A stretch of 64,000 nt of DNA from Candidatus Xenobia bacterium (GTDB lineage: Bacteria > Vulcanimicrobiota > Xenobia > Xenobiales > QWHO01), in contig BTUM01000021.1 of NCBI GenBank assembly GCA_045863235.1, positions 1 to 64,000 on the forward strand, in the 5' to 3' direction. Shown here in pieces: positions 18,402 to 27,381 of this stretch (position 1 is the stretch's first letter; each line of letters opens with the position of its first letter). A program made the translations under genes and the position numbers. The notes under the pieces are model-generated. The model was not told the origin of the DNA. It was given only the letters and a program-made list of their open reading frames with translations, and did not search any database.

Positions 18402-19853
18402 TCAGCGCATCTGGAACTCGGCCCCCAGGGCCAGCAGGGCCACCACCTCGCGCGGGCTGCTCAACCCCTGGAGCAGCTCCTGGTGGTGAGAGGGGCGTCC
18501 CAGCAACCGCTCGGTCCAGTCCCTTCCGGGAGCCAGGTCCACTGACAGATCCAGATCGCCCTCCAGCAAGCCGCGCACAAGTTGCCAGCGCAGCAGGATC
18601 GAGCCGGCATGCTGCCAGGCTTCGGCCCGGTCGGGATAGCCGTCAGGGCTGGGACGGCCGAAGAGGGGTTGCCCCATCCGGTCGTAGAGGGCCAGGAAGT
18701 CGTCCGGGATCGCGTCGGTCTCGACCTCGAGGGCCCGCAGCAGGCTGACGGTAAACTCGAAGGGCCGCTTGCGCTTGGCTCCCCAGGTTTGGGCGAACTC
18801 GCTGGAGAGCAAGATGGCTCGCACCACCTGGCGCAGCTGGTCGTCACGTCCTCTCTGGGTCCAGAAGACGTCAGCGATACGGGTCACCAGATCGGGAGGG
18901 GGATCATCGGCCACCAGTCGCCGGCAGAGCTTGAGGGCCACGTGGCGGGCTGTAGCGGGATGCTCGGCCAGCAGGTCGAGCACCGCATCCACATCGCGCC
19001 CGTCGCGGGGCAGGTAGCGGCCCAGCACCAGCTTGTTGGAGCGATCATGCCAGGAGGGCTCGAAGCCAAACCGGCCATCCTCCTCGTCCACCGCCCAGCC
19101 GGTGAAGCAGCGAGCCACCTCCAGCACGTCGTTGTCGACGTAGGCGACCGCCACTCCCTGGTCGCCCCGGGCGACCATGTGCGGGTCACGCGACCCCTGG
19201 TAATGGAAGGCCCCCAGCGTGTGGAGCTCGAGTAGCTCACGGGCGTAGTTCTGATTGGGACCGGACAGGTCGTTGGAGCGATTGTCGAGATAGATGGCCA
19301 TGACCGGATGGGAGGCCACGGCCCCCAGCATGGCCCGGAAGTTCCCCAGCAGGTGGGGGCGAATGGCGTCCCGATCATAGGCCGGCAGAAGCGGCAGGAT
19401 CTCCTCATGCTGGCCGTAGACGCTGAAGTGGTTGTGCCAGAAGTCGGCCAGCACCTCTTGAAGCTGGCGGCGGCTGTAGAGGGCCCGCAGGAAGGTCGCC
19501 TGCACGGTCTGGTGGTAGGGGAGCTCGAGCCAGGCCCACTCCTCGTCACTCGGCTCGTCGCTGACCTCGTCCCAGTGCTCTCGATAGAGCTGCTGGAAGC
19601 TTTTGGTCAGAGTGGAGAGCCGGCTCAGCTTCCGCTCGCAGGCTCGGTCGTCGATCTGCCCGGGATGGAGCTGGCTTTCGACGAAGTCGGGGAAGTCGAA
19701 ACCCTCCAGCTCTCCGGGACGGGGTCCGAAAGCGGCGCGGTTGTGGGCGATGACCGCCAGCGGCGCCGAGGGGCTGGCGGGGCTGCAATTGGACAGCATC
19801 ACACCCCCGAGGGCGATGCCGGCCAGGCTGAACCATTCGCGTCGTGTTTTCAT
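18402..19853 (-). CDS. DUF1800-family protein, probable Tat lipoprotein
   Basis: TRREWF...LSNC; FWHNHF, YLDN, NQNYARELLELHTLG, VARCFTGW. Confidence 0.9.
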   Translation of the reverse strand: MKTRREWFSLAGIALGGVMLSNCSPASPSAPLAVIAHNRAAFGPRPGELEGFDFPDFVESQLHPGQIDDRACERKLSRLSTLTKSFQQLYREHWDEVSDEPSDEEWAWLELPYHQTVQATFLRALYSRRQLQEVLADFWHNHFSVYGQHEEILPLLPAYDRDAIRPHLLGNFRAMLGAVASHPVMAIYLDNRSNDLSGPNQNYARELLELHTLGAFHYQGSRDPHMVARGDQGVAVAYVDNDVLEVARCFTGWAVDEEDGRFGFEPSWHDRSNKLVLGRYLPRDGRDVDAVLDLLAEHPATARHVALKLCRRLVADDPPPDLVTRIADVFWTQRGRDDQLRQVVRAILLSSEFAQTWGAKRKRPFEFTVSLLRALEVETDAIPDDFLALYDRMGQPLFGRPSPDGYPDRAEAWQHAGSILLRWQLVRGLLEGDLDLSVDLAPGRDWTERLLGRPSHHQELLQGLSSPREVVALLALGAEFQMR

Positions 19854-19910
19854 TGCCGTGCCCCCAGCATAGGGGGCCGGGAGCCAGCTAGCTGGACGCT
19901 TGAGGGGCGC

Positions 19911-21860
19911 TCAGGGGGCGAAAGCCTGCAGCTGGTTGCCCGCGACCGTGTAGAGCCAGGTTCCGGCGGCCACCGGAGCGAGCGAGCAGACCCCCGCAAG
20001 GCTCACTTTCCACCCGATGATCCCGCCCTTGAGGCTCTGAATCTCACCCTGACGGGTGGTGACCAGGACCTGCTGGCCGTCGGTCAAGACCCCCATCGGC
20101 TCGCCCTCCAGATCGACCTGCCAGATCGGCCTCTCGCCGCTGGGCATCGGATAGAGTGCCAGCTGCCCTTCCTTGCAGGCGACTGCTGCGACTCCGGCAG
20201 TGGCCGCCAGGCTGACGACCGTCGAGTCGAGCTGGTCTTCAAAGTACGGCTCGCCAGAGAGCATGGGAAGACTGACCAGCTGGCCGTCCTGGCAGCCCAC
20301 CAGCACCGTGTCTTCCGGAGTCAGGGTCAGGGCGCTGGGGGAGGAGGGAGCTTTCCAGCGCCAGACGACCTTCTCGCTGAAGGAGTCGACTGCCACCACC
20401 TGGTTCTCCAGAGCCACGAAGGCGCCCGCATTGCGGGCTACCGGAGCAAGTCGCACGGGCTGACCCAGCTCGAGCGTCCACAGGCGGTCGCCGTCGCTGG
20501 CCTGGATGCAGGCCAGCGAAGAGCCAGAGCCAGCGTACAGACAGCCGTCGTCCGCCAGGACGGCGCCCGGACCAGGAGCGCCCAGCTCGGCCTTCCAGGC
20601 TTCCTGGCCGTCCGGGAGTTTCAGAGCTCGGATCGTGCTGCCCTGCTGCACGATGGCCAGAGGTGGCTCGGTCCAGGCGACGGCCTGCAGATCGCCCCCG
20701 GGGTGGCTCCAGAGAGTTTTCCCGGAATCGGCCTCGAGGGCTTCCACGCGGTCGGCCAGGCCAACGAGCAGGGTGCCCTGGTGCACCAGCAGGCTCTGAG
20801 CCCCGGTGGCGTCGGCCTTCCAGCGCTGCCTGGGCTGAGCCAGTTCTTGGCTGAGCGTGAAGCTGCGCGAGGCATCGCCGCCCGGCTGGGCCCAGTCCTC
20901 GGGCGCGGCGGGCCGAGGACGCGGGGGGAGGGGAGAGGCGAGCGGGAGGCTCCTGGGGGCCAGCACCCAGAGCCCGGTGGCCAGTAAGGCCAGGCCTGCC
21001 GCCACGACGGATGGCCAGTTGGGGCGCGTGGCCGCCGCTGGTTGAAGAGCTCCCAGGGCGCTCTTGACCGCCCGCAGGAAGGCCTGCCCGGTAGGATAGC
21101 GGTCGGACGGCTCCCTGGCCATGGCTTTGAGCAAGACCGGGTCGAGCCTGGTGGGAAGCTCGGGCTTGCGTTCACTCAGCACCGGTCGGGGTGCGTGCAG
21201 ATGCTGCGAGATGAGCTCGGCGGGCGTGGCCGCAGGAAAGGGCGGGGCGCCGGTCAGCATTTCGAAGAAGACCAGGGCGGCGGAGTAAAGATCGGCCCGC
21301 CCGTCCACATCTTCCTCGCCGGCCATCTCGGGCGCCAGGTAGAGGGGTGTGCCGAAGAGCACCCCGGTGGAGGTGATGCCGGGCTCAGAGAGCAGGAAGG
21401 CCAGCCCGAAATCGACCAGCGTCACCCGGTCGCCGGCCGAGAGCATGAGGTTGGCGGGCTTGATGTCCCGGTGGATCACCCCCTGCGCGTGCGCGTAATC
21501 GAGCGCCGCCAGCACCTGTTCGAGAATGAGCACGGCCCGCTCGAGAGCCAGGGGACCCTGGCGCAGGATGTTCTCCAGGCTTTGACCTTCGACCCACTCG
21601 ATGGCCAGGTAAGGGCGAGAATCATGCTCGCCCATCTCATAGAGAGCGGCAATGTTGGGGTGCTTGAGCCGGGCCGCGGCCTGGGCTTCCCGCTGAAAGC
21701 GGATGACGGCCTTGGGGTCGTTGAGTCGCTCGGGGCTGAGCAACTTGATGGCGGCTTTGCGGCCCAAAGTTTCGTCCTGACCCAGCAAGATGATCCCCAT
21801 GCCCCCGGCTCCCTCCTGGGAGAGGATGCGGAACCGGCCGACCCGCTGCGCCTGGCTCAT
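19911..21860 (-). CDS. Membrane Ser/Thr protein kinase with extracellular PQQ-like beta-propeller
   Basis: GAGGMG, AIK, HRDIKPAN, DFG, APE; one TM; Trp-containing BamB/PQQ-type repeats. Confidence 0.92.
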   Translation of the reverse strand: MSQAQRVGRFRILSQEGAGGMGIILLGQDETLGRKAAIKLLSPERLNDPKAVIRFQREAQAAARLKHPNIAALYEMGEHDSRPYLAIEWVEGQSLENILRQGPLALERAVLILEQVLAALDYAHAQGVIHRDIKPANLMLSAGDRVTLVDFGLAFLLSEPGITSTGVLFGTPLYLAPEMAGEEDVDGRADLYSAALVFFEMLTGAPPFPAATPAELISQHLHAPRPVLSERKPELPTRLDPVLLKAMAREPSDRYPTGQAFLRAVKSALGALQPAAATRPNWPSVVAAGLALLATGLWVLAPRSLPLASPLPPRPRPAAPEDWAQPGGDASRSFTLSQELAQPRQRWKADATGAQSLLVHQGTLLVGLADRVEALEADSGKTLWSHPGGDLQAVAWTEPPLAIVQQGSTIRALKLPDGQEAWKAELGAPGPGAVLADDGCLYAGSGSSLACIQASDGDRLWTLELGQPVRLAPVARNAGAFVALENQVVAVDSFSEKVVWRWKAPSSPSALTLTPEDTVLVGCQDGQLVSLPMLSGEPYFEDQLDSTVVSLAATAGVAAVACKEGQLALYPMPSGERPIWQVDLEGEPMGVLTDGQQVLVTTRQGEIQSLKGGIIGWKVSLAGVCSLAPVAAGTWLYTVAGNQLQAFAP

Positions 21861-21935
21861 TGTCTGCTTGTTTGCCGACCTGACGATTCACCCCTGCGGC
21901 AGGGAGAAACGGTTCTTTGAGGCGAAAACCCTGCC

Positions 21936-23066
21936 ATGACCCTGGCTCGACCGGGCACCAAGAGCGCCCCCGACAAAGAGAAGAAACGGTCCGAGCAGGC
22001 TCGCTTCTTCGGCCGGGTCAGGGTTCGGGAATCCGACCTCATCATGTTCACCCGCCAGATGGCCGCCATGATGCGCACCGGAATTCCGATCACGCGCTGT
22101 CTCGAGACCCTCGCCGGTCAGGTGGACGACCCGCGCATGCGCGACGTCATCGACTTCATCTACAAACGGGTCTCGGAGGGCCACATGATGAGCTCGGCCC
22201 TGGGGCAGGTGCCGCGCGTCTTCACCCACATGTACGTCAGCATGGTTCGCATCGGCGAAAGCACGGGCGCCCTGGCCGAGAACCTGGAGATGTTGGGCGG
22301 GTGGATGGAGCGCGACTACCAGCTCATGCGCAAAGTGAAATCGGCTCTCACCTATCCGATCTTCGTTCTGATCCTGGCTACGGTTTTGACCCTCGGTCTG
22401 TTCTACTCCATCCTGCCCGGGTTCGTGAAGATTTTTGACGAGATGCAAGTGGAGTTGCCCCTGATCACCAAGATCGTCATGCTGATCACCGAGGCTGTCC
22501 GCAATCCGGGCGCCTGGATGGTCGCTCTGGGAGTCGGTGCGGCTCTCTATTTCTTCCTGCGCGATCAGGCTGCCACCGAGCGTGGCCGCATCCGCTTCTA
22601 CCGGGCCGCCCTGTTGGTTCCCGTGCTTGGACAGATGTTGCGCCAGGCCGCCATGGCTCGGTTCTGCTCCTCCATGAACGCGCTTCTGGTGGTGGGAGTG
22701 GACCTGGTCCCGGCCCTGCGCCTGGCCGCCAATGCCAGCGGGAGCCCCCTCCTGGCCCAGGACTCGATCCCCATGAGCAACGCCTTGCAAGAAGGTTCTC
22801 TGCTCTCGGAATACCTGGAGGCCCGGCGCGATCTCTATCCCGCCTCGGTTATCCAGATGGTCAGCGCCGGCGAGGAGGCCTCCAACCTGGACGCCATGTT
22901 CGCTCGCCTGGGGCAGTTCTACAACGAGGAAGTCAACTATCTCATCGAGGGATTCAGCGCCGTGCTCGAGCCGGTGATGCTGGCCGGGGTTGCGATCGTG
23001 GTGGGAACTATCGTGCTCAGCATCTTCCTTCCCCTCTACGGGTTCCTCAACAAGCTCGGAGCCTGA
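21936..23066 (+). CDS. pilC: Type IV pilus/T2SS inner-membrane platform protein (PilC/GspF)
   Basis: FTRQMAAMMRTGIPI, VRIGESTGAL, KVKSALTYP, AGEEASNL, LEPVM. Confidence 0.92.
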   Translation: MTLARPGTKSAPDKEKKRSEQARFFGRVRVRESDLIMFTRQMAAMMRTGIPITRCLETLAGQVDDPRMRDVIDFIYKRVSEGHMMSSALGQVPRVFTHMYVSMVRIGESTGALAENLEMLGGWMERDYQLMRKVKSALTYPIFVLILATVLTLGLFYSILPGFVKIFDEMQVELPLITKIVMLITEAVRNPGAWMVALGVGAALYFFLRDQAATERGRIRFYRAALLVPVLGQMLRQAAMARFCSSMNALLVVGVDLVPALRLAANASGSPLLAQDSIPMSNALQEGSLLSEYLEARRDLYPASVIQMVSAGEEASNLDAMFARLGQFYNEEVNYLIEGFSAVLEPVMLAGVAIVVGTIVLSIFLPLYGFLNKLGA

Positions 23067-23080
23067 GCCAAAAGTACTAC

Positions 23081-23109
23081 TTGTCTCGGCCGGTCTTTTT
23101 TGTTACAAT
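23081..23109 (+). promoter_or_regulatory. Sigma70-type promoter of the prepilin operon
   Basis: TTGTCT-N17-TACAAT with extended -10 TG at 23101-23102, in an AT-rich patch. Confidence 0.65.
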
Positions 23110-23116
23110 TTTGTTA

Positions 23117-25068
23117 ATGGGGTAACTCGACGCGGCTTCTCTCTCATCGAGCTCATGGTGGCGGCTTGCATCGTCATCCTGGTGATGGCCCTTTCGCTGC
23201 TCAACCTGAGGGGAGCCACCGGCAAGGCCAACGCTCGGGGGCTGGCCAGCGTGATCGCCGACCAGATGCGCCTGGCCCGCCAGGAAGCCATGGCCAACCA
23301 GGTTCCCGTAGCCGTCTGCTTCCCCAGTCAGGGCCGCACCCGACCTCACAGTCAGGGCTTCTACGTGGCCAGCGGCAACGAGCTGCCGCGCATGTCCCGG
23401 GTGGTCAACTTCAAGGACGAGTTTCCTCGGGCCGTGGCTTTCATCGGCACCTGGCCCGAGAGCTCGGGAACGCTGACCTGCAGCCCCACGTTACCGGGAA
23501 CCAAGACCGGCAAGATCAACCTGACCAGCTGGTTGAACGCCACCATGCAAGACGACTACTGCTTCGTCTTCACCCCCGAGGGCGGGGTAGTCACCAACGG
23601 GCTGCCCTACTTCCAGGGTGCTTATCACGTGCTGGTGGCGGCCGGTGTCGAGTACGGACCGGCCTCTCAGCCTCCGGGCGTGCCCCCCGTCAGCCCGCCG
23701 GCCTACTTTGCCCCCAACGCCCTGGGCGAGGCCTACACCGTCAGCGTTAGCTCCTCGGGTGCCATCAGCCTGGAGACAGGAGTTGCCGGTGGGAACCCAA
23801 GCCTCGTAGCCGGGCCAACGATCAGCACGTCGACGACCCCTGCCGCCCTGCCGCCCTTTGACCCGGGCACCACCGCTCAACCTGTGGTGGCCGACCTGCA
23901 GGTTTACCCCAAGGTCGACCCCAGCATTCTCCCCCCCAACGTGGACGTGATGGTGCCCCAGGATGGTCACGTGACCCTGGTGGTCACGGCCAACGACCCC
24001 TCCGGGCAGCAGCTTTTCTTACAGTGGAGTTGCCCGGATGGTACCTTCTCCTACCCCGGGGAGGAGAAGATGCAGTGGAACTCGGCTCGGCAGGCCTGGG
24101 TCAGCTACTGGCAGTGGCGGCCTCCCGACCTGGCAGTTCCCGGACAGCAATTCACTCTGATGTGCTCGGTGCGCAACCTGGCCGGTCAGGTGGCCGTACC
24201 AGCCATTCCCACCTCGTTCAACGTGGGCATCAGCCCCCCTGGAGTCATCTGCTTCCAGCGCCAGGCCACCACCACGACCACCAACGGCTACTCGGGTGGT
24301 TACGACATCATGGTGATGGACCCCGATGGCGGGGAGGCTCGGGCCGTGATCCAGCGTAATACCTTCGTTCCGGCACCCTCGGTCTCGCGGGACGGCAACA
24401 AGATCACCTGGTGTGAAGTGGGCGCGAACGGTTACCCCTCCGGCCTCTACGTGGCCAACATCGACGGCACTGACGCGCGCCATGTTTACAATGACTTCGG
24501 CATCTTGCCCATCTTCTCGCCCCTGGGCGACAAACTCGCCTTCATCGGCCTGAGGAACAGCGATTTTACGATGTCCGTCATCGACGCCGACGGCGCCAAC
24601 CGGGTGGATCTGGATGTCGTGGCCGTGGGAGGATATGGCTGGGATAATTCGAGCTGGTCTCCCGATGGGCAGAAGATCGTCTACCAGAGCCAGTTTGCCG
24701 GGAAAAACGGAATCTGGGTGGCTCCCATCGATAGCGCTCAGGGGGCTCCTCAGCAAATCCTGGCCAGCATGATGACATCGAACTGGGGCTCTTACACCGA
24801 CGTCAATAATCCATCCTGGTGCCCTGATTCAACCAACGATGCGATCTTGTATCACAAGGGTGGGCAGTTGCTGCGGATGAGCAGCAACGGAACTCAGGTT
24901 CCTTTCCCTCAGCCCCTCACCGGAAATATGGCTTCCTTCTCGCCGGATGGCTCGGAAATTGTCCTCGGGCGCGGCAACCTCTACCGACTCAACTCGCTCG
25001 GCACCGGGGGGCTCAAGCAGATCACGTCCTACAAAGAGTACATCAATTACCCCTCCTGGGGTCCGTGA
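23117..25068 (+). CDS. Giant prepilin (FimT/GspH-like N-terminus, Ig-like middle, TolB/PD40 beta-propeller), about 650 aa; start codon out of frame by 1 nt
   Basis: RRG|FSLIELMV class III signal; PSVSRDG, FSPLG, WSPDG, FSPDG repeats. ATG 23117 reads ATG GGG TAA, and no in-frame start lies between the pilC stop and the cleavage site. Confidence 0.8.
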
Positions 25069-25077
25069 GTCGCAGCT

Positions 25078-25872
25078 TTGCGAAATCGGGCCTTCACCCT
25101 GGTCGAAGCGCTCATCTCGATTTTCCTGATTATCGCCTCCTTTTTGATCGTGGCGACCCTGTTTCACACCGGTCTGCGTTACGTGCATCGGATCGAGGCT
25201 CGAAACCTGGCGGTCGTCCTCGCCGAGCGGCGCATCGAAGAGATGCGGGCCCATGCTCGCAACCGCTCCGGCACGCAGTATGGCTTTGCAGACTTCAGTT
25301 CCTTCACAGCGGCTGCTACCGACCCTGATTTTCCGGGCTATCAGGTGTCGGCCACGGTCAATGACCTGACCGTGTTCTCCCCCTCGGAGGGCTACGAGCC
25401 AACAGCGCAGACGCGTCCCATGCCGCGTTCGATGAAACAGGTCAAAGTGACCGTGACCTGGGATCAGGGCACCAGCAACTTGAGCCTGCTGACTCTGATC
25501 GGAGATCCCGCGGCCAGCGCCACTCCAACCCGTCGCTTTCGCAACCTGAATCCTATCGTGGTGACTCCCACGGCGCCACCCATTCCGCCTCTGGTCGCCC
25601 ACGACCAGGATGTGCCCTTCAGCGTCGTGGCCTACGATCAGTTCGATCAGCCGATCGAAGACCTGTATTTCCAGTGGTACATCCAGCCCGGAGACGGCAA
25701 TGCCACCACCTTTCAGAGTGTCGATGGCCGGAGCGCCACGATGAGGAATGTGATCAATATCCCGGCTCAGCCCCCGGCCTACTCGGGAGGGCAGGTGGTC
25801 GTGGTGGCGCGGGCCGTGTTCCGGGGTCAGGAAGCCTTCGGTTACTCTCCGCCCATTGCGCTTCAGCCATGA
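25078..25872 (+). CDS. Minor prepilin, PilV/GspI-like with C-terminal Ig-like extension
   Basis: RNRA|FTLVEALISIF; 'KQVKVTVTW' strand typical of PilV/GspI. Confidence 0.8.
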   Translation: MRNRAFTLVEALISIFLIIASFLIVATLFHTGLRYVHRIEARNLAVVLAERRIEEMRAHARNRSGTQYGFADFSSFTAAATDPDFPGYQVSATVNDLTVFSPSEGYEPTAQTRPMPRSMKQVKVTVTWDQGTSNLSLLTLIGDPAASATPTRRFRNLNPIVVTPTAPPIPPLVAHDQDVPFSVVAYDQFDQPIEDLYFQWYIQPGDGNATTFQSVDGRSATMRNVINIPAQPPAYSGGQVVVVARAVFRGQEAFGYSPPIALQP

Positions 25873-26441
25873 GTGATCGCAGACGGCGCGGTGTCAGTCT
25901 GCTCGAGGCCCTGATCACACTGGGCCTGGTGGGCATGCTGTTGGGACTTTGCGGCTCGCTGCTGGTAGGCTACTTTCGGGTGCTCAAGTTTTCGGCCGCC
26001 AAGGACAACACCTGGCTGGCCGCCCAGGTGGGCATTCAGCGGGCCGTGGGCGAATTGCGCGAGACCATTGCCGTGATCACGCCCGTCTCCGGCGGGAGCG
26101 CGACTGACCTGCGCTTTCGCAAGCTTGACCCCAGCGCCACCGATCCTGACAGCTCGGCCTGGTTGCCCAGGCCAATCCCGTCCCCGGTGCCGGTCGCCTT
26201 CGATCCCTATCCTCCGGCCCTGTTGCTCGAGGTCTGCTACCGCAGTCTGGGCGATGGTCGGCTCATTCGCGAGGTCGGCCCGGCCGGAGGGGCTCCCACC
26301 AGCAGCGAGTCGCTGTGTGAAGGCGTGAGCGGTTTCCGTTGCGACTCCCTGGCCGATGGCTCCTATCGGCTCGTGGTCTCCGTGCAGGAAGAGAAACTGG
26401 TCCGCACGCTCAGCTCGCGTGCCCTGCCCGAGGTCCCTTGA
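25869..26441 (+). CDS. Minor prepilin, PilW/GspJ-like
   Basis: MSDRRRRG|VSLLEALI; ATGA overlap with the previous stop. Confidence 0.8.
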   Translation: MSDRRRRGVSLLEALITLGLVGMLLGLCGSLLVGYFRVLKFSAAKDNTWLAAQVGIQRAVGELRETIAVITPVSGGSATDLRFRKLDPSATDPDSSAWLPRPIPSPVPVAFDPYPPALLLEVCYRSLGDGRLIREVGPAGGAPTSSESLCEGVSGFRCDSLADGSYRLVVSVQEEKLVRTLSSRALPEVP

Positions 26442-26911
26442 GAAGCCGTCGTCCGGGTTTCATCATGATCGCGGCCCTCTTGATCACGGTGATCCTGGTT
26501 GTGGCCGGAATGGCCTATCTGGGCTCGCGGGTGGCTCAGTACCGCGGCGCCGCCAAAGGGCTCGAGGCGGCCCAGGCTAGGGCTCTGGCTCGAGCCGGAA
26601 TCGAAGATGCACGGGTCAAACTGGAGAAGGACTATCGCTTTCCTCCCCAGTCCTCCTACGACCAGACCATCTTTACCTATTCGGAGGACGTCAAAGATGG
26701 CGCCACCGTGGTCGGCAGTTACACGGTCTCCATCGATGAGACCCACCGACGCTCCCCCTTCTTCGTGCTGCGCATCACCTCGGTGGGGGTGGTGGGAAGC
26801 CGGGTCAGTCCCAGTGCCCAGGCCACCATCCGGGCCGATCTGGATACGTCCACGGCCGACCCGAACCGGGTGTTTCGTTTTCTGCGCTGGGAAGAATCCA
26901 CGAATCTCTAG
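26438..26911 (+). CDS. Minor prepilin, PilX/GspK-like
   Basis: RRPG|FIMIAALL lacking Glu5; QARALARAGIEDA helix; TTGA overlap start. Confidence 0.78.
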   Translation: MRSRRPGFIMIAALLITVILVVAGMAYLGSRVAQYRGAAKGLEAAQARALARAGIEDARVKLEKDYRFPPQSSYDQTIFTYSEDVKDGATVVGSYTVSIDETHRRSPFFVLRITSVGVVGSRVSPSAQATIRADLDTSTADPNRVFRFLRWEESTNL

Positions 26912-26919
26912 GAGGTCTT

Positions 26920-27381
26920 ATGTCCAAGGTGCTCGTTCTGGCCTGTGTGGCGATGTTGACAGTGGGATGCTCCAAACCGCCGGCCGGTGAGGGGCAAAAG
27001 ACCGGGGCAACGCCGGCCATCCCCACGACTGCCACGCCCGAAGCGGCTGTCGAGCCCGGGGCCGTGACCCCGGGGGGCGCAGGCACGAACGGTGGGAGCG
27101 GATCGAGCTCAGCCGCCGCCACGCGCCCGCCAGCGGGTGCCCCGGAGGCCAGGTTCAACTTCTCGGCTCCAGACGCCGGAGCGGCTCCCTCTTCGCGCAG
27201 CCCGGCTCGCGCGGCCGCACCCAGGCCGCTGGCAGCTCCCGTTCCCAGCTATCCCAATGCGGGCGTGCTCAACGATCCGGTCACAGGCAAGCCCATGGCG
27301 CGTCAGGTGACCAAAGAAGGCACAGTGCTCGAGAGCGGCGTGGACGAGAAGGGGAAACCTTTTACCCGGGTGGTCCGCTAG
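26920..27381 (+). CDS. Low-complexity lipoprotein ending the pilin operon
   Basis: AGGAGG SD; lipobox LTVGC; Pro/Ala-rich linker with short C-terminal beta segment. Confidence 0.7.
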   Translation: MSKVLVLACVAMLTVGCSKPPAGEGQKTGATPAIPTTATPEAAVEPGAVTPGGAGTNGGSGSSSAAATRPPAGAPEARFNFSAPDAGAAPSSRSPARAAAPRPLAAPVPSYPNAGVLNDPVTGKPMARQVTKEGTVLESGVDEKGKPFTRVVR

